Positions 61,707 to 64,000 of a stretch of DNA of 64,000 nt are shown here, piece after piece. Position numbers and translations under genes: made by a program. Every line of letters starts with the position of its first letter. The stretch's first letter is position 1. Origin of the DNA: Octopus vulgaris (Eukaryota); contig OX597839.1 of assembly GCA_951406725.2 (NCBI GenBank), positions 248,001-312,000 of the forward strand, written 5' to 3'. The notes beneath the pieces are model-generated. The model had not been told where the DNA came from. It saw only the letters and a list, made by a program, of their open reading frames with translations, and searched no databases.

Positions 61707-64000
61707 TGTGGTGTGTGCACGATTTGAATATAAAGGCACCTACCTTCTCTTCCTCGTGATGGAGACCCTTCTGTGGTAGCTAATCCTTCGACACAGCCCC
61801 GACCCGAACACTAAAGATAGCAGCTGCTCACCCAAACCCTTAGCGACCGTCCTCACACGTCTTGTCACCTGGACGACCCGCGTTGGAAAGGCCCAATTGA
61901 CCGCTGCCTGCGCAAGCCTGGCAGCTGCCCTTCCGGTTGCCCCAGCTTCCGGTCAACTCACCCAGCTGCTGACGTCATCCCACACGCCACCCTGATCTTA
62001 AAGATCACAATCTCTCCGCTCCATGTCGTAGTCCACCATCCAACCGGGAGAGCGCCTTGCTCGTCGAGATCTTCTCAAGCTGGGCTCCTCGTTCTCCCCC
62101 TCTCCAGAATCGTCGTCCGTTGAAGCGACAATCCTGCGAAGGTCCAAGACGTGTCGTGGCGTTCCATCTACTGATACGTTGTTTCTGGAATTGACCGCCG
62201 TCACCGTTCCTCTGCTCCATTGAGACGTACAGCGCGCCTTTGGTGGCTTGACCCAGACTTCCTCCCCTATTTTCACGCAAACGGGTCCCTTCTCTTCCTC
62301 GTGATCCTCCGGCGCTTTGTTCGGGTGCCTCCATTCATATTTGAACACAGCTCTCTGCGGCACAGAATCTTCAGCTTGTCCGGATCGGGGAGACAAGTTG
62401 TACCAAAAAACTGCTTCAAGCGGCGAAATATGCCCTCTTTCCGCTATGGCCTTGACTGTCCGATGGTGCCTCTCCACGATCCTGTTACCGCTCGGTCTAT
62501 ACGCTGCTCTGAACAAGCGTCGCACATTCCACCGATCAAGCATAACCCTCAATACTTCTGAACGAAACGCCGCCCCGTTGTCCATCAGTAGTTCTTCCAC
62601 GGGACCTCTCTCTAAGAATATCCCGTTCAGGATCTGCGCGATCTCGTCAGCAATGCCCGATCTAAACTCCCTGCAAATGGCCAGCCGGCCCTGCCCGCAG
62701 TCGACCATGGAGAGGTACATTCGCTGACGGTAGTGTGTCACGTCCACAGCTAGCCTTTTCCAGTTCTGCTCCACGGAAAGGCTTCCCTGTTCATGCTTAC
62801 ACGGAGCAGGGTCGATGGACTGACACCTGTCGCAGCTCCCGACCACCTTCCAGATGCTTCTCCTAGTGACGTCAGCATCAATTTTCTTCGCCAGATACAG
62901 GGTCCTGTCCACACCCAGGTGATGCATAGCATGCAGTTTCTTCAGTTCAGAGTCATCCAACCGACACGCCGCAGCTATCCCTTTCCGGGCCTCCTCCGGT
63001 TCTTCCAACCACGCTCTTTTCACCCTGGTCAGTACGTCCACCCTGTTTTTCTCCGAAGGCACGAAAACCACGCTCAGCTTCAGTCCGAACTCGGCGATCA
63101 ATTCACCTAGAACTCCTAGACGGCGCTTCACTAACATCTCTGCAGTGCCTTTCGTCCGCACTCTCCTTTCACAGGTGATCACCGATCCTACCCAGCCAAG
63201 CACAATGGCCGGATTTCAATCGTGCGCAGCCCCCATTTCAAGGCCAAGTTCACCCCTTTCAGCACCGCGTCTAATTCGGCGACATTGATGTGGTTGAAAT
63301 AATCTGCTTTCCGAAGCCAGGCCGCGTCCTCCACCGCAGCGCCTTCGATTGCCAACACCACCCCTATCGCTATACTGCTGGCATAACACCAGACGGTCCC
63401 GCATTCCGTCTTGGGCACGTACCAGACCCCCCCTGACCGGGTTTTCCGCTCTCGGCCTCTCCGGGATTTCCTGTATCATCGCCACCTTTTCTCACCTTGT
63501 CGCCCCAACTCTCCCCTTCTGCTCGTCTCTTGGTGTAACTACACGCCGTGCGCAGCCATCCAGCGATCGGGTAGTGACCGACCAACTTCCCACACGCCGA
63601 GAACAGCTCTCTCCTGCTGACGCTGGAACTCAGCTCTGGGATCTCATTTCCTCTCCGGAACACCAATTCACCCGATCCATTTCTTCGCAGCTTCAGCCCC
63701 AGCGCGGCTCCCCCTTCAATCGACTCCGGTGGCTTGGCAATCAGTCCGAACTTTTCCAGATGTCTAACTACCTCGTCGGCTGGCACTACAGTTTCGTCCA
63801 CCAAAATGTTGTCAATGTAGGAGCTGGTGGCCTTTCTAATCTTGCCGTCTGCCGCCATAATCTTCGGAGCGGAATTCAGCCCGAAACCCAGCCTGGTTAG
63901 ACAGTACGTCCGGCCCTTGTACCGCACCAGCTGATATCGCCACAGTTTGTCGCTCACATGGAGCTGCAAGTATGCCGATCTCAAGTTGACAATCGTCGCT
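61707..64000 (-). mobile_element. Gypsy/Ty3 LTR retrotransposon, 3' part (RT, RNase H, integrase, 3' LTR), frameshifted
   Basis: RT (DLRSAYLQ, RLGFGLNSAP, YIDNIL), RNase H (HINVAELDAV, FVPSEKNRVDVLT), integrase (H-H-C-C, DVTH, LMDNGAAF, ERHHRTVK) in ORFs 63370-63984, 63188-63418, 61998-63203; purine tract then TGTGG LTR start at 61984; far LTR end 61707 or 61772. Confidence 0.9.

Overview
AT-rich, microsatellite- and transposon-dense animal genomic DNA. The tRNA-SINE, Penelope and Helitron repertoire points to an octopus/cephalopod (inference). Almost all ORFs in the supplied track are microsatellite or transposon artefacts. Real coding sequence had to be read as small spliced + strand exons. 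(1) The 3' half of a type I membrane receptor: stalk exon 46-194, transmembrane exon 2215-2276, 18-nt micro-exon 4941-4958 and a short terminal exon 6602-6639. Tandem segmental duplications of only the post-TM part of this gene follow. They supply an orphan terminal exon (17965-18023) and a complete, frame-intact five-exon long cytoplasmic tail (31687-42828, about 185 aa with TRAF-, ITIM-, PPxY- and YDxP-like motifs) that has no TM exon of its own. (2) The 5' part of a TNF-receptor-superfamily gene: signal-peptide exon 57290-57337 and cysteine-rich-domain exons 59200-59284 and 60782-60913. The rest is RTE, CR1, Penelope, Gypsy, mariner, hAT, Helitron and SINE remnants. Several Penelope-type repeats and one tRNA-headed SINE-like element carry recognisable type I hammerhead ribozyme folds. 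The leading hypothesis is a TNFR-like receptor locus with interchangeable short and long cytoplasmic-tail cassettes. RNA-seq and long reads are needed to exclude pseudogene fragments or an uncollapsed haplotype.
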